From Flavobacteriales bacterium (GTDB lineage Bacteria > Bacteroidota > Bacteroidia > Flavobacteriales_D > Sanyastnellaceae), in contig JBMTYE010000001.1 of NCBI GenBank assembly GCA_049454255.1, forward strand, positions 1 through 36,148: DNA of 36,148 bases. Direction: 5' to 3'. The notes below the pieces were generated by a model, which was not told the origin of the DNA, made no database searches, and saw nothing but the letters and a program-made list of their open reading frames with translations. Below, piece by piece: positions 8,706 to 17,633 of this stretch. The stretch's first letter is position 1. Every line of letters begins with the position of its first letter. The position numbers and the translations under genes were made by a program.

Positions 8706-9832
8706 GCCGAGAAGATACGCCGTGTCGCCGCCGCCGCGCCGCTGCGCTCATCGAGCCCCGCCCGGTACTGCACGCACCGCGCCGACGCCGCTTCCCACTC
8801 TGCCGTCCCCGCCCCGAGCCACCGCTGCACGGCCGCAACCCACACCTCCTTCTCCAGCGGCAGCACCTCGCCCACACCCGCCTCGTGCAGCCCCCGCCAC
8901 GGCGTCCGGTCGCTTACCCACACCGGACAGCCCGCCGCCCACGCCTCGACCACGGCATGGCCGAAGTTCTCCGTCAAGCTCGGCATCACCAGGAAGTGCG
9001 CCTCACGCAACACGGCCTCCACCCGCTCAGGCGGCAGGCCGCCGTGCCACTGCACGGTCAGGTGCGGCACCGCTTCCGCAGCGGCGCGCAGCCGTTCCAT
9101 GTAGGCCCGGTCTTCCCACGGACCCACGATGTCCCACTGCACCGGGCATCCGGCGCGGGCAAGGACGTCGAGCGCGAAGTCCAGGTGTTTCACGGGGTGG
9201 ACCCGGCCGAGGCTCACGACGCGCCACGGGCCGCCGCTGTGCCGCCGCGTGCAGGGGCGGGCGGGGCCGGCGAGGTTCGGGGCGATGGCGGTGGGGGCGG
9301 CGGGGAAGCGGCGGCGGATGTCCCGGGCTTCCTGCTCCGACGTGGCGTGCCACAGCAGGCCGCTGAACCGGGGGGAGCGCCGGGCCCAGGCCAGGAAGAG
9401 CCGTTTTTTCAGAGGCCTGATGGCGAGGGCGCCTGGAGCGAGCATGCCGCGGGGGGCGAGGATGCGCCGGAGGCCGGCCCATTTCCGGGAGGCCCGGAGG
9501 GGGGCGAGGGTGAAGTCGATGGAAAAGAGGCTGTTCAGGTGGAGGACGTGGGGGCGCACCTCCTCGAGCACCGCCGTCCAGCGGGCCGCCGACCGGTCGC
9601 CGAGGGGCAGCCGAAGCACCCGCACCCCGTCCTCCACCTGCCAAACGCCGGCCACGGCCGGCAGCGGCTCCGCACTCCCGAGGTCGTGGGTCCCAGTCAC
9701 GACGAAGACCTCCGCCTCCAGCGCCAGCGCCGCGGCCAACTGCGCCACACTCCGGACCGGCCCCCCGGCCCGGAAAGCCGGCGGGTACCAGTCCACCGCC
9801 AGCAGGACGCGACGGCGGTCAGCGGAGGCCAT
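8702..9832 (-). CDS. GT4 (GT-B fold) glycosyltransferase
   Basis: The N-terminus reads RVLLAVDWYPPAFRAGGPVRS. The C-terminal EX7E-type motif PSLTENFGHAVVEAWAAGCPV is present. I chose the ATG at 9832 (MASADRRRVLL). This start overlaps the asnB stop by 14 nt, and the stop overlaps the next start by 4 nt. Confidence 0.85.
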   Translation of the reverse strand: MASADRRRVLLAVDWYPPAFRAGGPVRSVAQLAAALALEAEVFVVTGTHDLGSAEPLPAVAGVWQVEDGVRVLRLPLGDRSAARWTAVLEEVRPHVLHLNSLFSIDFTLAPLRASRKWAGLRRILAPRGMLAPGALAIRPLKKRLFLAWARRSPRFSGLLWHATSEQEARDIRRRFPAAPTAIAPNLAGPARPCTRRHSGGPWRVVSLGRVHPVKHLDFALDVLARAGCPVQWDIVGPWEDRAYMERLRAAAEAVPHLTVQWHGGLPPERVEAVLREAHFLVMPSLTENFGHAVVEAWAAGCPVWVSDRTPWRGLHEAGVGEVLPLEKEVWVAAVQRWLGAGTAEWEAASARCVQYRAGLDERSGAAAATRRIFSA

Positions 9833-11705
9833 GGCGCTCCGTGTAGTGCCCCAGCACCACGAGCAGCCACACCCGCTCGGCATTCCAGCGGGGGCTGCCG
9901 CCGAGGAAGGTGGTCCACACCTGCTCCACGTGGGTCCGGGAAAGTCCGGGCAGACCTGCGGCAGCAGCGATGCCCGCTGCGCAGTAGTCGTTCAGGGGAC
10001 CGCGCATCCAGTCGGAAAGGGGAAGGCGGAATCCCTGTTTGGGCCGCCCGGCCACACCGGGAGGCAGGCCGTCACCGAGCGCTTCCACCAGCAACCGCTT
10101 CGGCGGAACCGGCCATGTCGCGGTATCCGGGGCGGCGAGTGCCTCGGTCACCAGCCGCACATCGAGAAACGGCGCGCGGATCTCCAGGCCCTGCGCTAAC
10201 CCCACCGCATCGGCATCGGCGAGCAGGACGTCGCTGCAGTACGTGCGCAATTCCGCCAAGCTGACCTTCGACAAGAACGGCAGGGCGAAGCCCGGACCGG
10301 ACGGATGCAGCGCCTCGAGGAGCCAGCTGTGTACCCGGTTGGGCCGGCGCGAAGCCGCCGGAAACAGCCGCCTCACCTCACGCTCCAGGAACATTGCCCG
10401 CGACACCGGATACGTGTGTTCGAGATCGAAGTAGTCGCCCGCCAGCACCTCCGCCTGCTTCCGAGCGCTCGGCTCCGGCCGCCACGCGCTGTACAGGTCG
10501 CCGACCATGCCGCGCAGGCCTTTCGGAAAGGAGCCGATCCACCGCCGTTGCAGCAGCACGTGCGACCGGAGAAAGACCGGATAACCCGCGAACAGCTCGT
10601 CCCCGCCGAGTCCGCTCAGCGCCACCGTGATGCCCGCCCGCCGCGCCGCACCGGCCACCGCATAGGTGTTCAGGCCATCGCCTGTGATGCGGTCCAGCGC
10701 CGCCACCGCTTGGGGCACGCCTTCCCGCACCGCCACCGCATCGAGCCGCAGTTCGTGGTGGTCTGTGCCGAAGTGGCGTGCCGTCGCAGCGGCGGCTTCC
10801 GCTTCGTCCATCGGCTGTCCGTCTAACGCCACCGTGAAGGTCGACACCGGACCTACGGTGGCCATCGCCCCTACGACGGCGGCCGAATCGATGCCTCCGG
10901 ATAAAAACGCTCCCACCGGCACATCCGCACGCGTCCGCAGACGCACCGCATCTGAAAACACCGTGCGGATGCGGTGGTGCAGCTCGGCTACGTCCGCCGG
11001 TGCAGCGTGGTCACGTACCGCACGCGCTGTGTCCCACCAGCCCCACTCCTCCACGCCCCCGTCCGTGATGCGCAGCAGGTGGCCCGGCTCCAGCACCTGC
11101 ACTCCGGCAACCAGTGTGCCTGGGGCGTGCACCGTGCCGTAACGAAGGAAATCCGCGACCCCCGCGGAATCCAGCCTGCGCTCCACGAGTCCCGAGGCGA
11201 GCACCGCACGCACCTCGCTGGCGACCACCACCGCTGACCCGGCTTCTGCCCACACCACCGGCTTTTCGCCGAACCGGTCCCGGACGACCCAAAGCGTGCG
11301 CGTCGCCTCCTGCCACCACGCAAACCCCCACATGCCGTTGAACCGGTGCAGCGCATCCGTCCCCCACTTCCGTAACGCCGCCAGCACCACCTCGGTGTCG
11401 CTTGCGCTCCGGAACACCCAGTCCGCTTCGAGCTCCACCCGGAGCTCGCGGTAGTTGTACACCTCCCCCGTGAACACGAGACAATCCCCAGAAAGCGGGT
11501 CGCAGAACGGTTGGGCCGCCGCATCGGAACGGTCAATGATGCTCAGTCGCCGGTGGCCGAGCACCGCCATCGCGCCGACCGACTGCACCCCTGAACCGTC
11601 TGGCCCCCGGTGCGCCATGGCCGCCAGCATGGTCTCCACGCGGGGCCGCGCCCCTTCCGGCCCGCCGAGGGACTCCAGACCGAAGATGGCCGCAAATCCG
11701 CACAT
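9819..11705 (-). CDS. asnB: Asparagine synthase (glutamine-hydrolysing), AsnB family
   Basis: It starts MCG (Ntn class-II amidotransferase Cys2). The PP-loop FLSGGIDSAAV is present, and the length is 628 aa. Confidence 0.9.
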   Translation of the reverse strand: MCGFAAIFGLESLGGPEGARPRVETMLAAMAHRGPDGSGVQSVGAMAVLGHRRLSIIDRSDAAAQPFCDPLSGDCLVFTGEVYNYRELRVELEADWVFRSASDTEVVLAALRKWGTDALHRFNGMWGFAWWQEATRTLWVVRDRFGEKPVVWAEAGSAVVVASEVRAVLASGLVERRLDSAGVADFLRYGTVHAPGTLVAGVQVLEPGHLLRITDGGVEEWGWWDTARAVRDHAAPADVAELHHRIRTVFSDAVRLRTRADVPVGAFLSGGIDSAAVVGAMATVGPVSTFTVALDGQPMDEAEAAAATARHFGTDHHELRLDAVAVREGVPQAVAALDRITGDGLNTYAVAGAARRAGITVALSGLGGDELFAGYPVFLRSHVLLQRRWIGSFPKGLRGMVGDLYSAWRPEPSARKQAEVLAGDYFDLEHTYPVSRAMFLEREVRRLFPAASRRPNRVHSWLLEALHPSGPGFALPFLSKVSLAELRTYCSDVLLADADAVGLAQGLEIRAPFLDVRLVTEALAAPDTATWPVPPKRLLVEALGDGLPPGVAGRPKQGFRLPLSDWMRGPLNDYCAAGIAAAAGLPGLSRTHVEQVWTTFLGGSPRWNAERVWLLVVLGHYTERHGLR

Positions 11706-11708
11706 GGC

Positions 11709-12740
11709 TTAGCGCGGGCGCAGGGCGTCCCACCCTTGGGCGGTCAGCGGGACATGGAGGCCATTCCGCGTGATCAACGTGCAGGCCGTAGGATCCGCTG
11801 TCATGTGTCCTATGATGCTGAGCTTCGGGTGGTTACGAACCTTTTCGTAGTCCTCCTGCGCCACCGTGAACAGCAATTCGTAGTCCTCGCCGCCGCTGAG
11901 CACGCACAGGGTCGGGTCGAGGTCGAACGCCCGCGCCGTCTCGTACGTGTGCGGGTCGATGGGCAAGGTGTCCTCGTACAGGTTGACTCCGCAGCCGCTG
12001 GCTGCGGCCAAATGCAGGATCTCCGAGGCCAACCCGTCCGACACATCGATCATCGACGTGGGCCTGCAGCCTAGCTCGGCGAGTTCACGCACCACGTCGA
12101 CACGGGCTTCCGGTTTGAGCTGGCGCTCGAGGATGAGGGCGTGGGCTTCGAGGTCCATGGTAGCCCCCGGGGCCGCCTGCACCACCGCCTTTTCCCGCTC
12201 AAGCACCTGCAAGCCCATGTAGGCTCCGCCGAGGTCGCCGGAGACCACGAGCAAGTCGTTTGGCCGCGCTCCTGAGCGCGTGACGAGCGCATCCCGCTCC
12301 CCCAGTCCGATGGCCGTGATGCACAGCACCAGGCCCGACATGCTCGCCGTCGTGTCACCGCCCACCAGGTCCACGCCGTAGACCTCGCACGCCCGCCGGA
12401 TCCCGCTGTACAGCTCGTCTACCGCCTCCACTGAGAAGCGGTTCGACACCGCCAGCGCGACCGTGATTTGGGTCGGAAGGGCGTTCATGGCGCAGATGTC
12501 CGAGAGGTTGACGACCACTGCTTTGTAGCCCAAATGCTTCAACGGCACGTACGACACATCGAAGTGCACGCCCTCGCACAGCATGTCCGTGCTCACCACG
12601 ACGCGGCGGTTTCCGGCATCGAGTACCGCGCCATCGTCGCCCACGCCCAGCAGTGTCGAGGGTTGGCGGCGTGGCATGTCCGCCGTCACCCGGCGGATCA
12701 GCCCAAACTCACCGAGGTCCTGTATTTCCGTTCGGCCCAT
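11709..12740 (-). CDS. thiL: Thiamine-monophosphate kinase
   Basis: LGEFGLIRRV...GVGDDGAVL, followed by an AIR-synthase-like fold (DMLCEGVHF, GGDTT, GGEDYELLFT). Confidence 0.9.
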   Translation of the reverse strand: MGRTEIQDLGEFGLIRRVTADMPRRQPSTLLGVGDDGAVLDAGNRRVVVSTDMLCEGVHFDVSYVPLKHLGYKAVVVNLSDICAMNALPTQITVALAVSNRFSVEAVDELYSGIRRACEVYGVDLVGGDTTASMSGLVLCITAIGLGERDALVTRSGARPNDLLVVSGDLGGAYMGLQVLEREKAVVQAAPGATMDLEAHALILERQLKPEARVDVVRELAELGCRPTSMIDVSDGLASEILHLAAASGCGVNLYEDTLPIDPHTYETARAFDLDPTLCVLSGGEDYELLFTVAQEDYEKVRNHPKLSIIGHMTADPTACTLITRNGLHVPLTAQGWDALRPR

Positions 12741-12757
12741 GGCCCGAAGGTAGGGGG

Positions 12758-13468
12758 CTATTCCATCTCGACCCTGCGCGCCCGCAGGGAAAGCACATCG
12801 AGCAATTCATCGAGGTCTTCAAGCACCCGCTCCGTGAAGCCCCAGCGTTCGGTAGCGTCCGCCGGAACCCAGCCGGAATCGAGTCCCCATCCCCGGACTT
12901 CAGGATACCTCGAAAGCACTGCCGGACTATCGGACACCCAAACCGCGTTCGCCGTGGACCCCGTCACACCTATCTGCCGCAACGCAGCATGTACCGGCCC
13001 GGCCACACCTTGGGCATCCTCTGCATCGGACATGCTCACCACCGGAACCGTCAACGTGGGCAGGCAGCAGGCAACGAGCTCGAGGGCGGTCCCTCGGTCG
13101 AGATGGGTAGCGATGGCAACCGGAATCCCCTGGGCGCCAAGTGTCCGGACGACATTCGACCAACCCGGCGTGCGGAGCTGGTCTGATCGGTGTCGACACA
13201 ACCGAACAAGCTCCCGCCGGAAGACACTGCAGACGCCCGCCACATCTTCCGGCGCGGGACTAGACTGGTGCTTGTGCAGACACAGGATGTGACACGCTCC
13301 TGCCGCGTCTCCGAGCCCGAGGATATCATCCACAGCCTCCAAATCGATTGCTATTCCCGCTGTTCGGAACGCTGCCGTCCATGCACGCGCGACAGCCTCG
13401 GAGCCGCCTAAGACAGCACCGACAAGATCAAATACAACCGCAGTAGGAGGTGGCTTGGACGATTGCAA
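12758..13468 (-). CDS. HAD-superfamily-like protein with degenerate catalytic motifs
   Basis: It is the only plausible frame here, because the overlapping + ORF is S/R/T-rich junk. The start is a TTG, with no in-frame ATG for about 150 codons. Motif I reads AVVFDLVGAV instead of hhhDxDxT. The motif II candidate is VAIATH. The motif IV candidate is VWVSDSP. T-ending codons are more frequent than in neighbouring genes. Confidence 0.5.
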   Translation of the reverse strand: MQSSKPPPTAVVFDLVGAVLGGSEAVARAWTAAFRTAGIAIDLEAVDDILGLGDAAGACHILCLHKHQSSPAPEDVAGVCSVFRRELVRLCRHRSDQLRTPGWSNVVRTLGAQGIPVAIATHLDRGTALELVACCLPTLTVPVVSMSDAEDAQGVAGPVHAALRQIGVTGSTANAVWVSDSPAVLSRYPEVRGWGLDSGWVPADATERWGFTERVLEDLDELLDVLSLRARRVEME

Positions 13469-13546
13469 GGTGCGGCAAGATGCATGCCGCGCATGAACAC
13501 GCCGTTACCGGCATGTCAAATCCACTCAAATCGAGCCGTTTCTGAA

Positions 13547-14023
13547 TCAGTTCAGGGAGGGAGGCGCCTCGCCGACGCGCACCACCTTGCCCTCGAAATG
13601 CAAATCGAGACCTGCAAAGGGGTGGTTGAAATCCACCACCACGCTGTTCAGGCGCACCTCCGTTACGATGCCCAGGACTTCTTCGCCGTCCTCGGTTTCC
13701 ATGGGAACGACCTCGCCCTCGGCAAAGACCGACTCGTCGAGTTCACCGTCCACGAGGAAGGCGGATTTGGGCAACTCCACGAACGCCTCCTCGTCTTCCG
13801 GACCATAGGCCTCGTCGACGGTCAGCCGGAAGGTAAACGTGTCACCCTGCTTGAGCCCGCGCATCACGGCCTCGAAAGCCGGCAACACCTCGTCGTTGCC
13901 GACGACAAATCCGAACGGATCATCTGCACCGCAGACTTCGAGTTCTTCACCTTGGGGGCCCTCCTCGCGGAGGATGTAGGTCACCTCGACGTACTGGCCG
14001 TCGGAAATAGGCGTTGCGTTCAT
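13547..14023 (-). CDS. slyD: FKBP-type peptidyl-prolyl cis-trans isomerase, SlyD-like
   Basis: VEVTYILREE...FVVGNDEVLPAFEAVMRGLKQGDTFTFRL..., an insert-in-flap-like region and HPFAGLDLHFEGKVVRV are present. I chose the ATG at 14023. A GTG at 14041 is an alternative. Confidence 0.85.
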   Translation of the reverse strand: MNATPISDGQYVEVTYILREEGPQGEELEVCGADDPFGFVVGNDEVLPAFEAVMRGLKQGDTFTFRLTVDEAYGPEDEEAFVELPKSAFLVDGELDESVFAEGEVVPMETEDGEEVLGIVTEVRLNSVVVDFNHPFAGLDLHFEGKVVRVGEAPPSLN

Positions 14024-14047
14024 GCGGCGAAAATAGGCCACAACACG

Positions 14048-15049
14048 TTACCGCGGGCGGCGCAGGCCGACCACGAACCCCTTGCCGGCCAGCCACATCC
14101 GTCGGCCGTCCGTACTGAAGTCCACGGTGAAGGCGCCCGGGACCGGAAGGGGTGCTGCGTGCCAGGTGGCGCCTCCGTCGGGGGACCTCGAAATCTCCCG
14201 GGCGGAGACGCTCCAAAGCTCAGGACCGGACGTACCCGGGACGGCACGGACCCCGTCCCGGTAACCGGGTCCGACGCCCGGGGTGATGGGGTGCCACGTG
14301 TGCCCGCCATCGACCGTGCCTACTTTGCTCGCAGCGGCGTCCTCTGGATGCTCCCAATCGCCTCCCACCCCGACCCCCCCTCCGTCCCACATCGCTAAGG
14401 CAAAGAGTCCTTGCATCGGCGCTGCGGAGGCGATCGGCGTATCGACCACCTTCCACGTGCGGCCGCGGTCACCGGTAATCCACACCCGCGCCGTGGAGGC
14501 GCACCAGGCGGAATCGCCGCGCACCGCGATGTTGCCGTTGCTCGCTGCGAAAGCGGCCTCACCGGGCCGGGCGGGGGGGAGCTGGTCGCATGGAAGCTTT
14601 GTCCATGTTCGGCCGCCGTCGCGGGTGATGGCCACCGACATGCACCCGCCCACCGGGTCTCCCCAGGCCATCCCCTCGCGTGCGTCCCAAAACCGCATCG
14701 CATCGTAAAACACGCCCTCGGCATCCTCGTAGTACACCACCTGCCAGGTCTCGCCGCGGTCCGTCGAGCGGAACAGCCGGGCCGGAGCGCCCACTGCCAG
14801 CAAGTGAACGGCTTCATCGGTCACGGCAATGGAGCGGAATTCAGGCCGCGATCCATCGTCTGCCCGCAAGCTATCGACTTGCCACGAACGGCCTCCGTCG
14901 CGGGACACCCCCCACACCCCCTGCGACCCGCCGAACCACGCCTCGCGCGTGCCGATGGCCTGCAGGGCCCGCACGGAGGACGATCCGGTCCAGGGCTTCG
15001 GGGCACAGCCCGCCAGTGCCGCCAGCAGCAGCAGGCCGAGACGATTCAT
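14048..15049 (-). CDS. Lipoprotein with six Asp-box (BNR) repeats, Ycf48/sialidase-like beta-propeller
   Basis: The lipobox is LAALAGC. Six S/T-x-D-x-G-x-T/S-W boxes are present: SRDGGRSW, STDRGETW, TRDGGRTW, TGDRGRTW, TVDGGHTW and SPDGGATW. The start overlaps the upstream stop (ATGA). Confidence 0.8.
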   Translation of the reverse strand: MNRLGLLLLAALAGCAPKPWTGSSSVRALQAIGTREAWFGGSQGVWGVSRDGGRSWQVDSLRADDGSRPEFRSIAVTDEAVHLLAVGAPARLFRSTDRGETWQVVYYEDAEGVFYDAMRFWDAREGMAWGDPVGGCMSVAITRDGGRTWTKLPCDQLPPARPGEAAFAASNGNIAVRGDSAWCASTARVWITGDRGRTWKVVDTPIASAAPMQGLFALAMWDGGGVGVGGDWEHPEDAAASKVGTVDGGHTWHPITPGVGPGYRDGVRAVPGTSGPELWSVSAREISRSPDGGATWHAAPLPVPGAFTVDFSTDGRRMWLAGKGFVVGLRRPR

Positions 15050-16083
15050 GGAAGGAACTCGAGCGAACGGACCACCGCCTCGATTTGGCGCACATACTCC
15101 CGCTTATCGAAGTACGGCGCGTAGGCATAGCCTTCCACCGTGACCAAGCGAGCCCGGGTGGAGTCGTACACCGTCAAACTGCAGAACGGGCCGCCCATGT
15201 AGTCGTTCTCCATGCGCCACAGCCCGCGGATTTCTGCGGCATACTGGCCCTTGAATGCGAGTTCCTCCAGCCGTGGGACGGACCGCATCTCCGTCGTCAT
15301 GTAGGAACCATCGGTCGGGCCCGGGACATAGCGGGCGAGCAGCGAATCGCGCACGTGGAGCCTGTGGGGCAGCAGAAACTGCTGATCGGACGTGTATGGC
15401 TCGGTGGTGATGAGCCAGCCTTGCTGAACATCGTGGTTGTCGCCGCCTTTCAGCCGCGTCATTTGGCGGTCGACCCAAACGAAGTCCTTCCCCGTCTTCA
15501 CGATACGGCTGTCGCGTGGCAGCGTGAGGCCGATGCCCAGCAGCTCGCCGATCTCCCGCCGGGCCACCTCGTTTTCATCCAACTGAATAAGCTTGCGGTA
15601 ACGTTCTACCTCTTCCGCCGCAAAGAGGCTCGCCAACTCCTCCGCCCGGCCCGCAAGCGCTGCAGCCAACTCCTCTTCGGAACGGGCTTTTGCGTGGACG
15701 TAGAGCTGTCCGTTTGCGTACTTGTCCCGGTAGATAACTACCGAAGGAGTTTGGGTGTCGACGCGGTCGGCTACATCGATCACCACCACGTTGCGATGGG
15801 GCTTCCAAAAGCGGTCAAAGGCCTCCCGGTCAAGCTGTTGGATATCGAACGAAGGCTCGAGCTGCGGCAGAAGTGGAAAGGGTCGCTCGAAGATTTCGCG
15901 GACACGCTTGCCGATGGGGCCGTTCCATTCTGTGGAACTGCATACCACGACCAACTCGCCCGAAGGACCCACTTTGCCCGGCAACGAAACGCCTTTTCCA
16001 GCGCCCTCGTCGCAGCCGACAAGTGCCCACAGCAGGGCAACCCACACAAAAAACGTACGGCAGTCAGTTGCCGCGAGCCACAT
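15046..16083 (-). CDS. Hypothetical lipoprotein (DUF4837-like)
   Basis: The signal peptide has the lipobox WALVGC, and the protein is 345 aa. The family call rests on my recollection of the Bacteroidetes family found next to LysM transglycosylases, so it needs an HMM check. The gene overlaps the upstream gene by 20 nt. Confidence 0.65.
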   Translation of the reverse strand: MWLAATDCRTFFVWVALLWALVGCDEGAGKGVSLPGKVGPSGELVVVCSSTEWNGPIGKRVREIFERPFPLLPQLEPSFDIQQLDREAFDRFWKPHRNVVVIDVADRVDTQTPSVVIYRDKYANGQLYVHAKARSEEELAAALAGRAEELASLFAAEEVERYRKLIQLDENEVARREIGELLGIGLTLPRDSRIVKTGKDFVWVDRQMTRLKGGDNHDVQQGWLITTEPYTSDQQFLLPHRLHVRDSLLARYVPGPTDGSYMTTEMRSVPRLEELAFKGQYAAEIRGLWRMENDYMGGPFCSLTVYDSTRARLVTVEGYAYAPYFDKREYVRQIEAVVRSLEFLP

Positions 16084-17323
16084 GGATGGTCAGCTTTTGG
16101 CCCGGACGGATGGTCGTGCCTTTCAAGCCATTCCATTTGGTCAGCTGCGCCACGGTAACCCCGTGTTTCCGGGCGATGCTCCCGAGCATGTCCCCGGGTT
16201 TTACTTTGTACACGATGGCCGAGGGCTTTGAAGCGGCCGGCTTCGGTGCTGGGAGTGGAGTCGCCACAGCGAGAGTTTCTAGGACCGGTTCTGGGGCTAG
16301 CCAGGTCGATTCTTGAGCGATGTAGCGCGGAACCAACGCCAGCGGCAACCTCACCGGCCAGCCATCTAGTCCGCCGGGAACCACCCCGAGGCGATACATG
16401 GGATTCAGGGCTAGAATTTCTTCCTCCGGCATGCCGATGCCCCGGGCAATACGGCGCAAATCCACCTGAGCGGAGACGTGCACCGTATCGATGAGTGCGT
16501 GGGCAAGGGCCGGCTTCGATGGTGTAATCCCATGGGCGTCATACGACTCCATCATATACACAACGGCAAGGAAGGCCGGAACATAGCCTTGCGTCTCACC
16601 GGGGAGGAACGGCCGAATATCCCAGTAGTTTCCCTTGCCCCCGTTTCGGCGAAGTGCCTTGTTCACATTGCCCGGTCCAGCATTGTAGGCCGAAAGTGCG
16701 AGGTGCCAGTCGCCGTACATCTCAAACAGCTGCTTGAGGTAGCGGCAGGCCGCGTCTGTGCTCGCCTCTGGATCCCGGCGCTCGTCGATGTAGCTGTCGA
16801 TGCGCAGGCCCTGCAAGCGCGCCGTGCCATACATGAATTGCCATAGACCTTGGGCTCCTGCGGGCGAAACGGCATTCGGGTTCAGTGCGCTTTCTACGAT
16901 GGGGAGATACTTGAGCTCGAGCGGCAGACCGTAGCGGTCGAGGGCCTCTTCGAACAACGGAAAGTACTGGGCAGATCGCCCTGTCATGTCAGCAATGTGC
17001 CTCCTGCGGCGTTCCGCGAAGTAGGCAATCCGGCTGTGCACCACAGGATTCCATGTCATTTCCATAGGCGAGCGCGCGTCGAGCTCGGCCATGCGGCGAC
17101 GCACTGCGGCTTCGTCTACCGGAGGAATCTCACCGGGGGAGAGGTCGCGGATGTTCCAAACCGAAGAATCCAATCGATCTGATGCAGCGCACCAAGTGTA
17201 CCATGCAGCATCCCAAGGCAGGACGAGCGAGTCTGCGGTTGCACTAGAGTCTGCAGGGGCTGTGGCCCCGGCATCCCCGGCCCAAGCGACGCACGCCGCC
17301 AACAGGATTGCTGCCTTCCTCAT
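16064..17323 (-). CDS. Lytic transglycosylase (SLT domain) with a C-terminal LysM domain, MltD-like
   Basis: It has a signal peptide. The SLT motif [23 protein letters not shown] and the downstream AYNAGPGNV are present. The C-terminal LysM reads [42 protein letters not shown]. Confidence 0.85.
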   Translation of the reverse strand: MRKAAILLAACVAWAGDAGATAPADSSATADSLVLPWDAAWYTWCAASDRLDSSVWNIRDLSPGEIPPVDEAAVRRRMAELDARSPMEMTWNPVVHSRIAYFAERRRRHIADMTGRSAQYFPLFEEALDRYGLPLELKYLPIVESALNPNAVSPAGAQGLWQFMYGTARLQGLRIDSYIDERRDPEASTDAACRYLKQLFEMYGDWHLALSAYNAGPGNVNKALRRNGGKGNYWDIRPFLPGETQGYVPAFLAVVYMMESYDAHGITPSKPALAHALIDTVHVSAQVDLRRIARGIGMPEEEILALNPMYRLGVVPGGLDGWPVRLPLALVPRYIAQESTWLAPEPVLETLAVATPLPAPKPAASKPSAIVYKVKPGDMLGSIARKHGVTVAQLTKWNGLKGTTIRPGQKLTIHVARGN

Positions 17324-17499
17324 TCTCCTTTGGTTTCGTTTTCCCGCTTCGGCGCAGCGCTATCGCCGTTCGATGCGTTCTTGAACTCCTTCACGCCTTG
17401 GCCCAGACCCCGCATCAATTCTGGGATTTTACGTCCGCCGAAAAGCAGCAATACCACGAAGGCGATGACCAAAATTTCCGTGATTCCGAACTTGCCCAT
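17320..17499 (-). CDS. tatA: Twin-arginine translocase subunit TatA/E
   Basis: [42 protein letters not shown] is the canonical TatA transmembrane helix, hinge and amphipathic helix. I chose the ATG at 17499. The stop overlaps the next start (ATGA). Confidence 0.85.
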   Translation of the reverse strand: MGKFGITEILVIAFVVLLLFGGRKIPELMRGLGQGVKEFKNASNGDSAAPKRENETKGE

Positions 17500-17633
17500 G
17501 GCGGAAAAAATTTGGCGCAAGGTGCAACGAAAGTGCGTTCCGCGGACACGCTTTGCTCGACTGCATCGCCAGGAACGGAAGCAAGCCTCTGTTTAACAGC
17601 TACTTGCGCGATTGTGAAAAAAGTGTGAAAGAA

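Noticed and set aside
7813-9366. A 517-aa + strand ORF opposite the flavin oxidoreductase and GT4 genes. Similar ORFs lie at 8885-10264 and 9129-10199.
   Set aside because: The translations are extremely P/A/R/S/T-rich and low-complexity. The opposite strand carries clear family motifs. This is a typical high-GC antisense artefact.
13469-13546. I looked for a TPP riboswitch or a tRNA in the 78-nt spacer upstream of the HAD-like/thiL genes. I also noted a TTGACA hexamer on the - strand.
   Set aside because: The conserved TPP-element core (CUGAGA ... ACCUGA) is absent, as are the tRNA T-loop and acceptor features. TTGACA has no acceptable -10 box at 17 nt, and Bacteroidota do not use the sigma-70 consensus.
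14680-16158. A 492-aa + strand ORF opposite the propeller and lipoprotein genes. ORFs at 13463-14398 and 14411-15124 are similar.
   Set aside because: The R/P/A/H-rich translations have no domains. The - strand genes have signal peptides, lipoboxes, Asp-boxes and coupled start/stop overlaps.
17500-17633. The 134-nt panC-tatA spacer was checked for a tRNA, small RNA, riboswitch or terminator. It contains a TGTGAAA direct repeat, a TCCGCGGA palindrome and a bulged AAAG..CGT/ACG..CTTT helix.
   Set aside because: The structures are short and interrupted. No T-run terminator and no recognisable RNA family signature are present. It is most simply a promoter-containing spacer for tatA.
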